Part shown: piece after piece, positions 27,982 through 37,314 of the stretch
How the letters are laid out: each line of letters opens with the position of its first letter
How positions within the stretch are numbered: position 1 is the first letter of the stretch
Assembly: GCA_963702005.1 (NCBI GenBank)
Contig: OY969696.1
Coordinates: forward strand, 713,680 to 777,679
Origin: Candidatus Aminicenantes bacterium
Lineage (GTDB): Bacteria; Acidobacteriota; Aminicenantia; Aminicenantales; JAFGBC01
Reading direction: 5' to 3'
DNA length: 64,000 bases
Program-made: the position numbers and the translations under genes
Notes under the pieces: model-generated
Database searches by the model: none
What the model was told of the DNA's origin: nothing
The model's input: only the letters and a program-made list of their open reading frames with translations

Positions 27982-28545
27982 ATGAACTACATGGCGGCGA
28001 TCGAAAACCTGGGCCTGGTCGCTCAGGGCTTTTTCGAGACCAAGCAGGGACCGTTTGAAAAGGTCGTCGACGTCTGCGTCCGGAGTCTGCTGGCCGGGGG
28101 GAAGATCCTTCTGTTCGGGAACGGCGGGAGCGCCGCCGAGGCCCAGCATTTCGCGGCCGAGCTCGTCAACAAATTCTACCGGATCCGCTCCGCCCTGCCC
28201 GCCCTGGCCTTGACGACGGACGGCTCGATTTTGACCTCGATCGCCAACGACAGCTCCTACGACAAAGTTTTCAGCCGCCAGGTCGAGGCCCTGGGGATGC
28301 CCGGGGATGTCGCCATCGGCCTTTCGACGAGCGGGACGTCGGCCAATGTCGTGGAGGGGCTGCGCACGGCCAAGGCGAGGGGCCTGGTGACCGTGGCCTT
28401 GACCGGGAAGGGCGGCGCCGAGATGGCCGAGCTCGCCGACCATCTCCTCGACGTGCCCAGTAAAACGACTCCCCGCATCCAGGAGGTTCATCTGATCATC
28501 CTGCACCTTCTGGCCGAGCTGCTCGAGGAGAGACTTTCGAGTTGA
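27982..28545 (+). CDS. gmhA: D-sedoheptulose-7-phosphate isomerase (phosphoheptose isomerase, SIS domain)
   Basis: ILLFGNGGSAAEAQHFAAEL and DVAIGLSTSGTSANV motifs. 187 aa. Confidence 0.8.
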   Translation: MNYMAAIENLGLVAQGFFETKQGPFEKVVDVCVRSLLAGGKILLFGNGGSAAEAQHFAAELVNKFYRIRSALPALALTTDGSILTSIANDSSYDKVFSRQVEALGMPGDVAIGLSTSGTSANVVEGLRTAKARGLVTVALTGKGGAEMAELADHLLDVPSKTTPRIQEVHLIILHLLAELLEERLSS

Positions 28546-28569
28546 GATAGGCGGGAGGGCCGGCTCACC

Positions 28570-28632
28570 CGTTCGCCGACGCTACCCCGCCATGAAAGGC
28601 GGGGACGAGAAGCGTGGCTCAGGGTTAAACCT
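28570..28632 (+). repeat. Conserved ~65-nt structured intergenic element, copy 2
   Basis: cgttcgccgacgctaccccgccatgaaaggcggggacgagaagcgtggctcagggttaaacc; homologous to 13922-13988. Confidence 0.5.
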
Positions 28633-28689
28633 GATCAAGCCCAGCCTTGCAGTACACACGAACCGGGAACGGTTCGTGGGTGCCGGCAT

Positions 28690-28911
28690 TCAGCACTCAT
28701 AAGCCGTAAACGGCTTATGAGTACAGTCGCTCCAATGCCTGTAATGCGCGGTTCCCACAGAATTGAGTCCATGGAGCTCCGGGCCGGCGAGCAGCCTTGC
28801 AGCACTCATGACCCATAAACGGGCCATGAGTACTGCGAAACGCCTGCACTCATGACCCATAAACGGGCCATGAGTACTGCGAAACGCCTGCACTCATGGC
28901 TTCCATGAGTG
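28690..28911. repeat. Array of about four hairpin-containing ~44-nt repeats (two perfect tandem copies at 28802-28845 and 28846-28889) between convergent genes
   Basis: Unit gcactcatgacccataaacgggccatgagtactgcgaaacgcct, with variants cagcactcataagccgtaaacggcttatgagtac and cactcatggcttccatgagtg. Each contains a ctcatg...catgag stem. Confidence 0.7.
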
Positions 28912-31263
28912 TCGAGGGTTTGACTTTCCGGAGGTCACGATCTCCTTGATTTTATCGGCGCCGGCGACCCCGCTGTTGAGCCAGATACAAACGGTTTTTT
29001 CCAGAAGCTTCCGGAAGAACGCCCTGTGCGCTTCCAGCCTGTCGGGCGTCCCCGGAAGAAGGTGGGGGTTGAAGAAAGGCTGGTTCCTGGACGGCGTCAG
29101 GTGTTTCCCCGCTCCCGAGGTCTCGCCGGTTTCAAGGATGCGGAGGGCCTCTTCGGCCGGAAGCGTGACGGCCTCGGGCGAGAAGGCGTCTCGGCGCAGG
29201 ATGAACAGCCAGCGGAGGGTGGTTCGTTTGGCGTAGGCCGCGCTACCGCCCAGCCAATGGGGGTCGAGGAGGGCGTGGGCGTCTTTGGAGGCTTTGTAGC
29301 AGAACCCCGTCCCCCGGTCGAGCCGGCATTCCTGGAGCCGCTGGCAGTCCGCGTCCTGACAGTCCTCCTTGCGGATGATCACGTTCTCGCACTTGGAATT
29401 GTCGAAGAGGGAGGCGAGCCGGGGGAAAGCCTCGACAGCCGCGGTCGGGAGATAGAGCTTGCGCTCGACGTTGTCCGATTGGGGTTCGCCGTCGCTCATC
29501 CGGACGAAGGCGAGGTCGGTCGCGTGGAGCCGGAAGCGGGGGTCTCCGAGGAGTCCGAAGAAAAGCTCGGTCTTGGCGGTCCCCTTGGGGCCGATCAGGA
29601 TGAGCCCCTTCCCCCCGCAATCGGCCGCCATGCCGCGGACGGACTGCGCGCCCGACAGCCGTTCCGCGATGTCGGCGACCAGGCCGAGGGCCAGGCTCCG
29701 GAGCGGACCGTAGCCGTCGCTGTTGACGAGGACGCCCGTCTGAGTTTCGGCGTTGGTGAAGGCGCGCGGCTCCCGGCCCGGAATCCCGTCGACGGCATAG
29801 ATGACGGCGTGGGGTTTCACGTCGGCGTCCAGCTGGGCCGGCGACCAGTTGTCCATCCAGAAGTCGTAGAGATGGGCGACGTTGGTCCGGAGCCGAACGA
29901 TCAGGCCGTTGATGTTCGCGTTCCACTCGAAATCGCGGCCGGGACCGAGCCGGCTCTCCGCCTCGGCGACCAGGCCTTCGCGGACCGGAAGCGGAACGGC
30001 CGCTTCGACGGGGACGGGCTTCCGGACCCGGGTCAGGACGTTGTCGAGGGCGATCCGCTTGACCTTCTTGGCCGCCCTGAGCCTGGACATGGCTTCGACG
30101 ATGCGGTCCATGCCCTTCTCCAGGTTCTCCATGGACGTCGCGTAGGAGAAGCGGATGTAGTCATCCGCCCCGAAGGCGTCGCCCGGGATAAGGGCGACCC
30201 GGGCCTGCTTGAGGAGATAGTACGACAGCCCGTACGAGTTCCGGATCGCCAAGCCGTCGCATTCCTTGTCGTAGTAGGCCGAGACGTTGGGAAACAGGTA
30301 GAACGCGCCCTGGGGCTTGAAGCAGGAGACCTGGGGGACGGCCTGAAGGCGCATCAGGCAGTAATTCCGGCGACGCTGGAATTCGGCGACCATCCGCGAG
30401 ACCTCATGCTGAGGTCCGGCCAAGGCTTCCACGCTCGCCTTTTGGGAAATCGAGCAGGCGTTGGACGTGCTGTGGCTTTGGATCTTGGCCATTCCGGCGA
30501 TGACGTCGGCGGGTCCGGCCGCGTAGCCGATCCGCCAGCCCGTCATCGAATAAGCCTTTGAGACGCCGTTGATCAGGATCGTCTTTTTCTTGACGGCCTC
30601 GCCCAGGGCGGCGAAGCTCGTGAACTTGAATTCGTCGTAGACGAGGGCGGCATAGATCTCGTCGGCGATGACATAGATGTCCTCGTCCTTGATGACCGCG
30701 GCCAGGGCCTCGAGCTCCTCCCGGCTGTAAGCGGCGCCGGTCGGGTTCGAGGGGTTATTGAGGAGGAGGGCCTTGGTCGCCGGCGTGATGGCGGCCTTGA
30801 GCTCCTCGGCGGTCAGCCGGAATCCGTTCTCCTCGCGAGTCGGGACGATGACCGGCTTCCCCAGGGCCAGGGCGACGGATTCGGGATAGGTCACCCAGTA
30901 GGGCGCCGGGATGATGACTTCGTCGCCTTCATTGACGAGAGCCTGGATAAGATGGTAGAGGGAGCTTTTTGCGCCGGAGGACACGATGACCTGATTCATC
31001 TCGTATCCGAGCCCGCAGTCCTCCTTGAGCCGGGCCAGGACGGCCTTCTTGAGGGCCGGAATCCCCTCGTTCTCGGTGTACTTGGTGAAGTTCTGCTCGA
31101 TGGCCTTGATGCCGGCCGCCTTGACGTTGGCCGGGGTCGGGAAGTCGGGTTCGCCCAGGCTCAGGTCGACGACGTCGATGCCCTCGGCCTTCATGGCCAT
31201 GGCCTTGGCCGAGATCTTCAGGGTCGGGGATGATCCGATCTTGCTGGCCTTGTCGGAGATCAT
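28894..31263 (-). CDS. Bifunctional-looking protein: N-terminal class I aminotransferase (aspartate aminotransferase family) fused to a C-terminal P-loop (HprK-C/PEPCK-like) domain of unknown function
   Basis: N-terminal 400 aa: LSLGEPDFPTP, NNPSNPTG, SKAYSMTGWRIGY (the PLP lysine motif of AspAT). C-terminal ~390 aa: GKGLILIGPKGTAKTELFFGLL Walker-like loop plus a Cys-rich segment (CQDADCQRLQEC). Confidence 0.6.
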   Translation of the reverse strand: MISDKASKIGSSPTLKISAKAMAMKAEGIDVVDLSLGEPDFPTPANVKAAGIKAIEQNFTKYTENEGIPALKKAVLARLKEDCGLGYEMNQVIVSSGAKSSLYHLIQALVNEGDEVIIPAPYWVTYPESVALALGKPVIVPTREENGFRLTAEELKAAITPATKALLLNNPSNPTGAAYSREELEALAAVIKDEDIYVIADEIYAALVYDEFKFTSFAALGEAVKKKTILINGVSKAYSMTGWRIGYAAGPADVIAGMAKIQSHSTSNACSISQKASVEALAGPQHEVSRMVAEFQRRRNYCLMRLQAVPQVSCFKPQGAFYLFPNVSAYYDKECDGLAIRNSYGLSYYLLKQARVALIPGDAFGADDYIRFSYATSMENLEKGMDRIVEAMSRLRAAKKVKRIALDNVLTRVRKPVPVEAAVPLPVREGLVAEAESRLGPGRDFEWNANINGLIVRLRTNVAHLYDFWMDNWSPAQLDADVKPHAVIYAVDGIPGREPRAFTNAETQTGVLVNSDGYGPLRSLALGLVADIAERLSGAQSVRGMAADCGGKGLILIGPKGTAKTELFFGLLGDPRFRLHATDLAFVRMSDGEPQSDNVERKLYLPTAAVEAFPRLASLFDNSKCENVIIRKEDCQDADCQRLQECRLDRGTGFCYKASKDAHALLDPHWLGGSAAYAKRTTLRWLFILRRDAFSPEAVTLPAEEALRILETGETSGAGKHLTPSRNQPFFNPHLLPGTPDRLEAHRAFFRKLLEKTVCIWLNSGVAGADKIKEIVTSGKSNPRHSWKP

Positions 31264-31292
31264 GGCAGACTATTCCGTCGGAGTCCGGGCCC

Positions 31293-32708
31293 TCAGCCGG
31301 CTTTCTCGCCTTTCTTAGGCTCGGGCGTGAGCTTGTCCTTGAGGAACTTCTGGAAGTCGACCCCGGTCAGGGTTTTGACGACCTCGGGCATTTGGGCCAG
31401 GATCTGGCCGACCTGGGCCGTCAGCTTGGTCGTGCCTAATTCTTTGTCTCCGCCGACGATAACGATCTTGTCGACCTTGGACAGGGGCTCGGCGATGGAC
31501 TTGGCGAGCTGGGGCAGGACGCGGAGGTACATTTCGAGCAGGGCCGCATCGTTGTATTGCTTCCAGGCCTTGGACTTCTCGACCATGGCCTCGGCTTCGG
31601 CCAGGCCCTTCTGGCGGATCTTATCGGCCTCGATCCCGCCCTCGAGCCGCAGGGCCTCGGCCTTGCCGCGGGCTTCGGCCTGGATCCGGAACTCCTCGGC
31701 CTCGGCCTCGGCCCGGATCTGGTACTTGCGGGCGTCGGCCGTCCGGATGACGCTCGCTTCGAGTTCCTTCTCCTTGCGGCTGATCTCGAGGGTTTCGATC
31801 TGGATGGCCTGCTCCTTCTCGATGATCAGGACCTTGGCCTCCTCCTTCTTGATCTCCTGGTTGAGCCGATGGCGCTCGAGCTCGTAGGCGAAGTCGGCCT
31901 GGGCCTTTTTCTGGTTGACGGCGGTTTGGGACTCGGCTTTCTTGGCCTCGTTCTCCCACTGGGCCTTGGCGATATGGGCGTCGGACTGGAGGCGGGCGAC
32001 CTCGGCTTCCTTACGGGCCTGGCTGGACCGGATGACGGCCTCTTTCTCCGTCTCGGCCTCGGCGACCGCGGCGTCGCGCTTGGCGGCCGAGATGAGGGGC
32101 CGGGATAGGGAGTCGATATAACCCTGGGTGTCGCTGATCCCCATCAGGGAGAAGGACATCAGGGTCAGGCCCATCCGGGACAGGTCGTGAAGGGCGGCCT
32201 GGATGACGCGGTTTGCAAACTCTTGCCGTCCCCGATAGATTTCTTCGACGCTCATCGTCCCGATGACCTCGCGCATCTTGCCCTCGAGGATCGCCATCGA
32301 GATGTGACGGATGCCGTCTTTGCCCAGGCCGAGAAACTGTTCGGCGGCCAGGCGAATGCCCTGGTCCGAGGAGTCGACCTTGAGCTGGGCAACCCCTTCG
32401 GCCATGACCGGGACGCCGCCGTGGGTCAGGACCTCGGGCGTCTTGATCGTGAGGGGGATGACCTCCAGGGGCAGGACGTTGACGATCTCCAATAAGGGCC
32501 AGACAAAAGTCCCTCCGCCCAGCCGGCAACGGTAGCCGACCTTGCGCTTGGCGCCGTCCGGTCCGACGACCGTCCGTTTCCGGCCGCCCGAGACGATCAG
32601 GGCCTCGTTGGGGCCGACCTTCCGGTACTGTTTGGACATGACGAGGGCGATCAGGATCAGGACGACGAGTATGATACCGGCGATGATAAGCTTGGCTACG
32701 ATGGTCAT
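31293..32708 (-). CDS. Flotillin-like SPFH/band-7 family protein
   Basis: N-terminal TM helix, SPFH domain and a long EA-rich coiled coil, typical of FloT/YuaG. Confidence 0.8.
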   Translation of the reverse strand: MTIVAKLIIAGIILVVLILIALVMSKQYRKVGPNEALIVSGGRKRTVVGPDGAKRKVGYRCRLGGGTFVWPLLEIVNVLPLEVIPLTIKTPEVLTHGGVPVMAEGVAQLKVDSSDQGIRLAAEQFLGLGKDGIRHISMAILEGKMREVIGTMSVEEIYRGRQEFANRVIQAALHDLSRMGLTLMSFSLMGISDTQGYIDSLSRPLISAAKRDAAVAEAETEKEAVIRSSQARKEAEVARLQSDAHIAKAQWENEAKKAESQTAVNQKKAQADFAYELERHRLNQEIKKEEAKVLIIEKEQAIQIETLEISRKEKELEASVIRTADARKYQIRAEAEAEEFRIQAEARGKAEALRLEGGIEADKIRQKGLAEAEAMVEKSKAWKQYNDAALLEMYLRVLPQLAKSIAEPLSKVDKIVIVGGDKELGTTKLTAQVGQILAQMPEVVKTLTGVDFQKFLKDKLTPEPKKGEKAG

Positions 32709-32804
32709 GACAACCTCCTAAACGCGTCTCCCCGTGACGAGAAGAAACCTAATCTATTCTAAACCTGCCCCGTTCGTCAAGCGACCGGCCCGGACGGCCC
32801 CGCC

Positions 32805-33548
32805 TCATCCGTAGGCCATGAACAGGATGCTTTTCTTCTTGAGGATCTCCCGCTGGGCCTGGATGAGCTTGGCGATCCCATCGTCGGCCAGCTTGAGAAG
32901 GTTTCCCAGCTCCTTGCGGGTGAAGGGGTTCCGCTCGGCGCCGGCTTGGATCTCCACGAGCTGGCCCCGATCGGTCTCGACGACGTTCATGTCCAAGTCG
33001 GCCCGGGAATCCTCGCCGTAGTCCAGGTCGAGGAGGGTCTGGCCGGCCACGATCCCGACGCTGACCCCGGCGACCAGGTGGCGGAGGGGCATCTGGTCGA
33101 TGACCTTGTCGTCCATCATCTTCTTAAGGGCCAGGGCCAGGGCGACGCAGCCGGCCGTGACCGAAGCCGTCCGGGTCCCGCCGTCGGCCTGGATGACGTC
33201 GCAGTCGACGATGATCGTCCGTTCCCCCAGGACGGAAAGCTCCGTGACCGATCTCAGGACCCGCCCGATCAGGCGCTGAATCTCCTGGCTGCGTCCCGAC
33301 ATCCGCCCCTGGTTCCGCTCCCGCTGGGTTCGTTTTTCGGTCGAGCGGGGAAGCATGGAGTACTCGGCCGTGACCCAGCCCTGTCCGCTGCCCTTGAGGA
33401 AGGGCGGGACCTTATCGTCGACCGAAGCGGCGGCCACGACCCTCGTCTTCCCGACCTCGATATAAGCCGACCCCTCGGCAAAGTCGAGGTAGTCCGTCTT
33501 GATCCTGAAAAGCCGGAGCTCGTCGTCGGCCCGGTTGTTGAGTCTCAT
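32805..33548 (-). CDS. rph: Ribonuclease PH
   Basis: DGRTRTASVTAG-like motif (ADGGTRTASVTAG). 247 aa. RNase PH fold signature. Confidence 0.85.
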   Translation of the reverse strand: MRLNNRADDELRLFRIKTDYLDFAEGSAYIEVGKTRVVAAASVDDKVPPFLKGSGQGWVTAEYSMLPRSTEKRTQRERNQGRMSGRSQEIQRLIGRVLRSVTELSVLGERTIIVDCDVIQADGGTRTASVTAGCVALALALKKMMDDKVIDQMPLRHLVAGVSVGIVAGQTLLDLDYGEDSRADLDMNVVETDRGQLVEIQAGAERNPFTRKELGNLLKLADDGIAKLIQAQREILKKKSILFMAYG

Positions 33549-33569
33549 GACCGTCCTTCCTTCGCGCCG

Positions 33570-34466
33570 TCAGGGCGCTCCGGCCGGCCGCGACTTCCAG
33601 CGATTGTGAAACCAGAGCCACTGGGCCGGCCGCTCGCTTATCTCGGCCTCGATAATCTTAGTGCAGAGCTGGGTTATTTTCAACACGTCCCGGTCGAAGT
33701 CGCCCTCGGAACGGACCCGGACCGGAGGATGGATCTTCAGGCGGTAGCCGCGCGGCGGGTCGGACGCGCAGAAGACGGGGAGGAGGGGGGCGCGGGTCCT
33801 GAGATGGAGGGCGGCCAGGGCCGGGGTCGTGGCGGCGGCCTTGCCGAAGAAGTCAACGAACACGGCCTGGCTGCGGAGGACGTTCTGGTCGATGAGAATG
33901 GCCACCATCTCGTTTCGACGTAGGGCCTGGAGGATCGGCCGCGACGCCCATGTCTTGTAGATAACCTCGGCGCCGAGCGCGGCGCGGACGGCGGCCAACT
34001 CCTTTTCCAAGAGCGCGTTATCGAGTGCGCGGGCCACGACCTTGAGCCGTCCCCGCCGAGAGATCGAGGCGGCTCCGACCTCCCAATTTCCGAAATGGGC
34101 CGTGAAGAGTAAAACCCCTTTCCCTTCCCCGAGGGCGGCATCGAGATGCTCGGCGCCCTCGACCGAAATGCGCTTGGCGACTTCGTCGGGTCCGAGCTCG
34201 GCCAGCTTGAGGATGTCGAACAGGATCGCGCCGAAATGCCGGAAGGAAGCGCGGGCGATCCGGTCGCGCTCGGGGACGGCCAGATCTCGGCCGAAGGCCG
34301 TCCGGAGGTTGTCCTTGGCGAGCCGGCGATGCCGGGCGTCCAGGCCGTAGGCCAGCAGGCCGAGGCCGCGGCCAAGAGCCAAGCAGATCGGCCTGGGCAG
34401 GATACGGATGAGGCCCCTCAAGGCCCTGAAGGCTAATAACTCGAACGGGCTTCGCTTTTGGGCCAT
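33570..34466 (-). CDS. Lipid A biosynthesis (Kdo2)-lipid IVA acyltransferase (LpxL/HtrB family)
   Basis: TAHFGNWE (HX4D-type acyltransferase motif) and ILIDQN motifs. 298 aa. Confidence 0.7.
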   Translation of the reverse strand: MAQKRSPFELLAFRALRGLIRILPRPICLALGRGLGLLAYGLDARHRRLAKDNLRTAFGRDLAVPERDRIARASFRHFGAILFDILKLAELGPDEVAKRISVEGAEHLDAALGEGKGVLLFTAHFGNWEVGAASISRRGRLKVVARALDNALLEKELAAVRAALGAEVIYKTWASRPILQALRRNEMVAILIDQNVLRSQAVFVDFFGKAAATTPALAALHLRTRAPLLPVFCASDPPRGYRLKIHPPVRVRSEGDFDRDVLKITQLCTKIIEAEISERPAQWLWFHNRWKSRPAGAP

Positions 34467-34469
34467 GAT

Positions 34470-35465
34470 TCAGGTCCGCGGAAAGAAGGGCTTCAAGGCC
34501 GTCTTGACCCGCTCGAAAAATCCGCTCTCGAGCTCGATCCTGATCTTGAGGGCGAAGACGGGAAGCCCCGCCAGGAGTTCGCCCGGGGGATCAAGCTTGA
34601 CGGCGTCTTTTTCGGTCGTGACCGCAAGTTCCGCCCCCGATTCTTCGTACGCAGCGCGGAGGTTCTTTCGGCCGGGCGGCGGATAGCTGAAATGGTCGGG
34701 AAAGGCGAGGCGGCGCCGGATGAGGGCCCCCGATTGCTCCAAAAGCTCGAAGAACCGCTCCGGCCCGGCAATACCGCAGAAGGCCAATACCTTTTTCCCG
34801 TTAAGCCGGTTCGCCGGGAGCGTTTCCTTCCCGTCCAAGCTCACGAGCCCGTCGGGACGGACCCGATAGGGCAGAACCTTTTCCGGCGCCAAGAGTTCGT
34901 CGGCTTTGCCGAGCCGGAGGCGGTTTCGGACGAGGACCAGATCGGCTCTTTTCAGGGAGGAGAGAGGTTCCCGGAGGATCGGGGACCCCGCCGGGTTGAC
35001 CAGGACGATATCCAGATCGCGGTGAAGGCGGCGGTGCTGGAAGCCGTCGTCGAGAACCGCGACCTGAAATCCCATTTCTCGAGCCTTCCGGCAGGAGTCG
35101 AGGCGGCGCTTGCCGACGAAGACCCCCGCTGCGGGAAGCTTGCGGGCGACCAGGGCGGGTTCGTCGCCGCCCTCCCGCCAGCCGGCCGGGAGTCCCTTGC
35201 CGGCCGACACGACCCCCCCAGGTCCTTCCCAGCGGCCTTTATACCCCCTGGAGATAAGCGCGGGCCTTAGGCCGAGGCCGAGGAGCCAGGACAGCAGCTC
35301 TATGGCCAGGGGTGTCTTTTCCGTTCCTCCGAACGAGATATTTCCGACGCTGATAACGGGAATGGAGGACCGGGCCGGCCGCCTGATGCCCCAGGCGTAG
35401 AGCCTGTTCTTGATCCGGCAGCCAGTCTGGTGAAGGAAGGAAAAGAGACCCCGAAGAACGACCAT
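34470..35465 (-). CDS. lpxK: Tetraacyldisaccharide 4'-kinase
   Basis: VISVGNISFGGTEKTP matches the LpxK P-loop GNLTVGGTGKTP. 331 aa. Confidence 0.8.
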   Translation of the reverse strand: MVVLRGLFSFLHQTGCRIKNRLYAWGIRRPARSSIPVISVGNISFGGTEKTPLAIELLSWLLGLGLRPALISRGYKGRWEGPGGVVSAGKGLPAGWREGGDEPALVARKLPAAGVFVGKRRLDSCRKAREMGFQVAVLDDGFQHRRLHRDLDIVLVNPAGSPILREPLSSLKRADLVLVRNRLRLGKADELLAPEKVLPYRVRPDGLVSLDGKETLPANRLNGKKVLAFCGIAGPERFFELLEQSGALIRRRLAFPDHFSYPPPGRKNLRAAYEESGAELAVTTEKDAVKLDPPGELLAGLPVFALKIRIELESGFFERVKTALKPFFPRT

Positions 35466-35579
35466 TCAGAGGGGACTATACATCATTCCCCTCCCTGATT
35501 CAACCGATCCCGGCCCTTTACATCTCGCTTGTATTTTCCTATAATACGTCGGTAGTTTTTCGTTGAACGAGGAGGAACT

Positions 35580-36446
35580 ATGAGGAGTAAGGCACTTATC
35601 GCGCTTCTCGCCGTCGGGATGGCGCTCACCTTCATCTCGTGCCAGAAAAAGGCCAAGGTCGAGGGCGTCGATCTGGCCGTCAGCTTCGCCGATCAGCCCC
35701 TGACCGACAACCTGATGACGAACGTCACCTACGCCTGGAAGACGGCCGCGGGCTTCAAGAAGATGTCCCAGGACTTCATGGTTTTCGTCCACTTTTGGCA
35801 CAACAACAACCTTCTGGTCCAAGACGATTATAGCCTTGAGGTTCCGACGACCAAATGGGAGCCCGGGAAGGAATACAAGACGACCCGGCGGATCTACATC
35901 CCCCGCTTCATAGACGAATTCGATCCCCAGTTCAAAGGCCAGGAAAACTTGGTTCTGGCCGTAGGCCTCTATAATCCCTATGACCGGACCGGCAAGTCCG
36001 AGCTCGAAGTCTACCGCAAGAAGCTCGATGTCCTACCGCCCCCCGTCGACACGCCCGAAATCATCTACGAGGACGGCTGGTACGACAAGGAGACCAACGC
36101 CGAAGCCGCCCTCAAGGAATGGCGCTGGACCGGCAAGGAAGCCAAGTGCCTGATCGATAATCCTCACCGCGACGCCCTTCTCGTCATCCAGGGCGGGGTC
36201 AACCTCGAGGCCGTGCCGGGCCAAAAGATCATCTTCAAGATCAACGACACGGTCCTTGATGAGTTCGCCCCTTCCTCGAGCGCCTTCGACAAGACCTACC
36301 GGATTAAAAAGGAAGCGCTCGGCGACAAAGACGACTTCGTCCTGACCATAGGCGTCGATAAAACCTTCGTCCCCGGAAAAATCTTTCCCCAAGCGGGAGA
36401 TCAGAGGGAATTGGGCGCCCAGGTCTCTTTCATCTATTTCCGCTGA
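35580..36446 (+). CDS. Hypothetical lipoprotein
   Basis: Signal peptide with lipobox (LTFISC). I recognised no family. Confidence 0.6.
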   Translation: MRSKALIALLAVGMALTFISCQKKAKVEGVDLAVSFADQPLTDNLMTNVTYAWKTAAGFKKMSQDFMVFVHFWHNNNLLVQDDYSLEVPTTKWEPGKEYKTTRRIYIPRFIDEFDPQFKGQENLVLAVGLYNPYDRTGKSELEVYRKKLDVLPPPVDTPEIIYEDGWYDKETNAEAALKEWRWTGKEAKCLIDNPHRDALLVIQGGVNLEAVPGQKIIFKINDTVLDEFAPSSSAFDKTYRIKKEALGDKDDFVLTIGVDKTFVPGKIFPQAGDQRELGAQVSFIYFR

Positions 36447-36464
36447 GCTGAATCGACTTTTAAG

Positions 36465-36506
36465 GCCGGCCTCCCGCCCGGAGCGGGAGCCGGCTTTTTT
36501 TTATCT
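36465..36506 (+). terminator. Rho-independent terminator
   Basis: ggccggcctcccgcccggagcgggagccggc followed by tttttttt. Confidence 0.75.
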
Positions 36507-36588
36507 CAGGCAAGACAAGACAAGATGAATGGAAAACAAGTCGGCGATAAAGGGCGAATAAGCTTAAAAACCTTGAAGGTCAGCGGAT

Positions 36589-37167
36589 TCAGAGAGGCGG
36601 CGCGTTCTCTTTCCCGACCCGGGCGATATAGTCGTCGAGCTCTTTTTTAACGGCGTTTTCTTCCCCCCGGGCCTTTTCCATCTTGTCGAAGGTCAGGGCG
36701 ATCTCCTGTTGGATCGTATCCCGGGGCGTCATATCATCGAGGCTGTAAAATTGCTGCCAGAGGGCGGCTATTTTCAGCTCCAAGAGGTCGGCGTATTCCT
36801 TAGCCTGGGCGTATCTGGCCTCGAGGTTGGTCCGATAGCCGTCCGCCATCCCGGGAATCGCGCCCGGTTCCGAATCCAAGGGAGGCCCGTTAAGAGCCTG
36901 CTCGGCCTCTCCCTGGCGATATTCCGTGGACTGCTCCCCTTCAGGGGCGGATTGGCCCGCCGTTTCCGTCTGGGGCGGGGCCGGCGGAGTTTCCAACCCG
37001 GCCTTCTTCTTATTTTTGCCCAAGTCGGCATTCGTTATGGCGACGGGCCGTTTTCCCTTGAGGCCGTCGCGACGTTCCTTCTCCTTCTTGGAGAGCTCGG
37101 ACAGGCTTTGGGCGGCAAGGATCGAAACAAGGAATAGGGGCAGGATCAGCATAATAAACGCTTTTTT
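36589..37167 (-). CDS. Hypothetical secreted protein (start at MKKAFIMLILPL)
   Basis: Signal peptide; low-complexity basic/acidic middle region; coding-like. Confidence 0.5.
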   Translation of the reverse strand, partial: KKAFIMLILPLFLVSILAAQSLSELSKKEKERRDGLKGKRPVAITNADLGKNKKKAGLETPPAPPQTETAGQSAPEGEQSTEYRQGEAEQALNGPPLDSEPGAIPGMADGYRTNLEARYAQAKEYADLLELKIAALWQQFYSLDDMTPRDTIQQEIALTFDKMEKARGEENAVKKELDDYIARVGKENAPPL

Positions 37168-37229
37168 CATTCCCATATCGCCTATAGAAATTATAGGCAT
37201 GCCTCCGGTCTTTGTCAATCCGCCCCGCG

Positions 37230-37314
37230 AATTCGGGGGACACACGACTTAATTCCGGACTCCTTCTTTATCGACAATAGCAGCTTGAGAATTAAGTCGT
37301 GTGTCCCCCGAATT
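37230..37314. repeat. Perfect 26-bp inverted repeat (aattcgggggacacacgacttaattc / gaattaagtcgtgtgtcccccgaatt) with a 33-nt spacer, overlapping the comEC stop codon
   Basis: Read directly: left arm 37230-37255, right arm 37289-37314. Confidence 0.8.

Noticed and set aside
28802-28911. Possible CRISPR array
   Set aside because: Only about 2.5 tandem units, the 'spacers' are identical, and no cas genes are nearby. It is a tandem hairpin repeat, not CRISPR.
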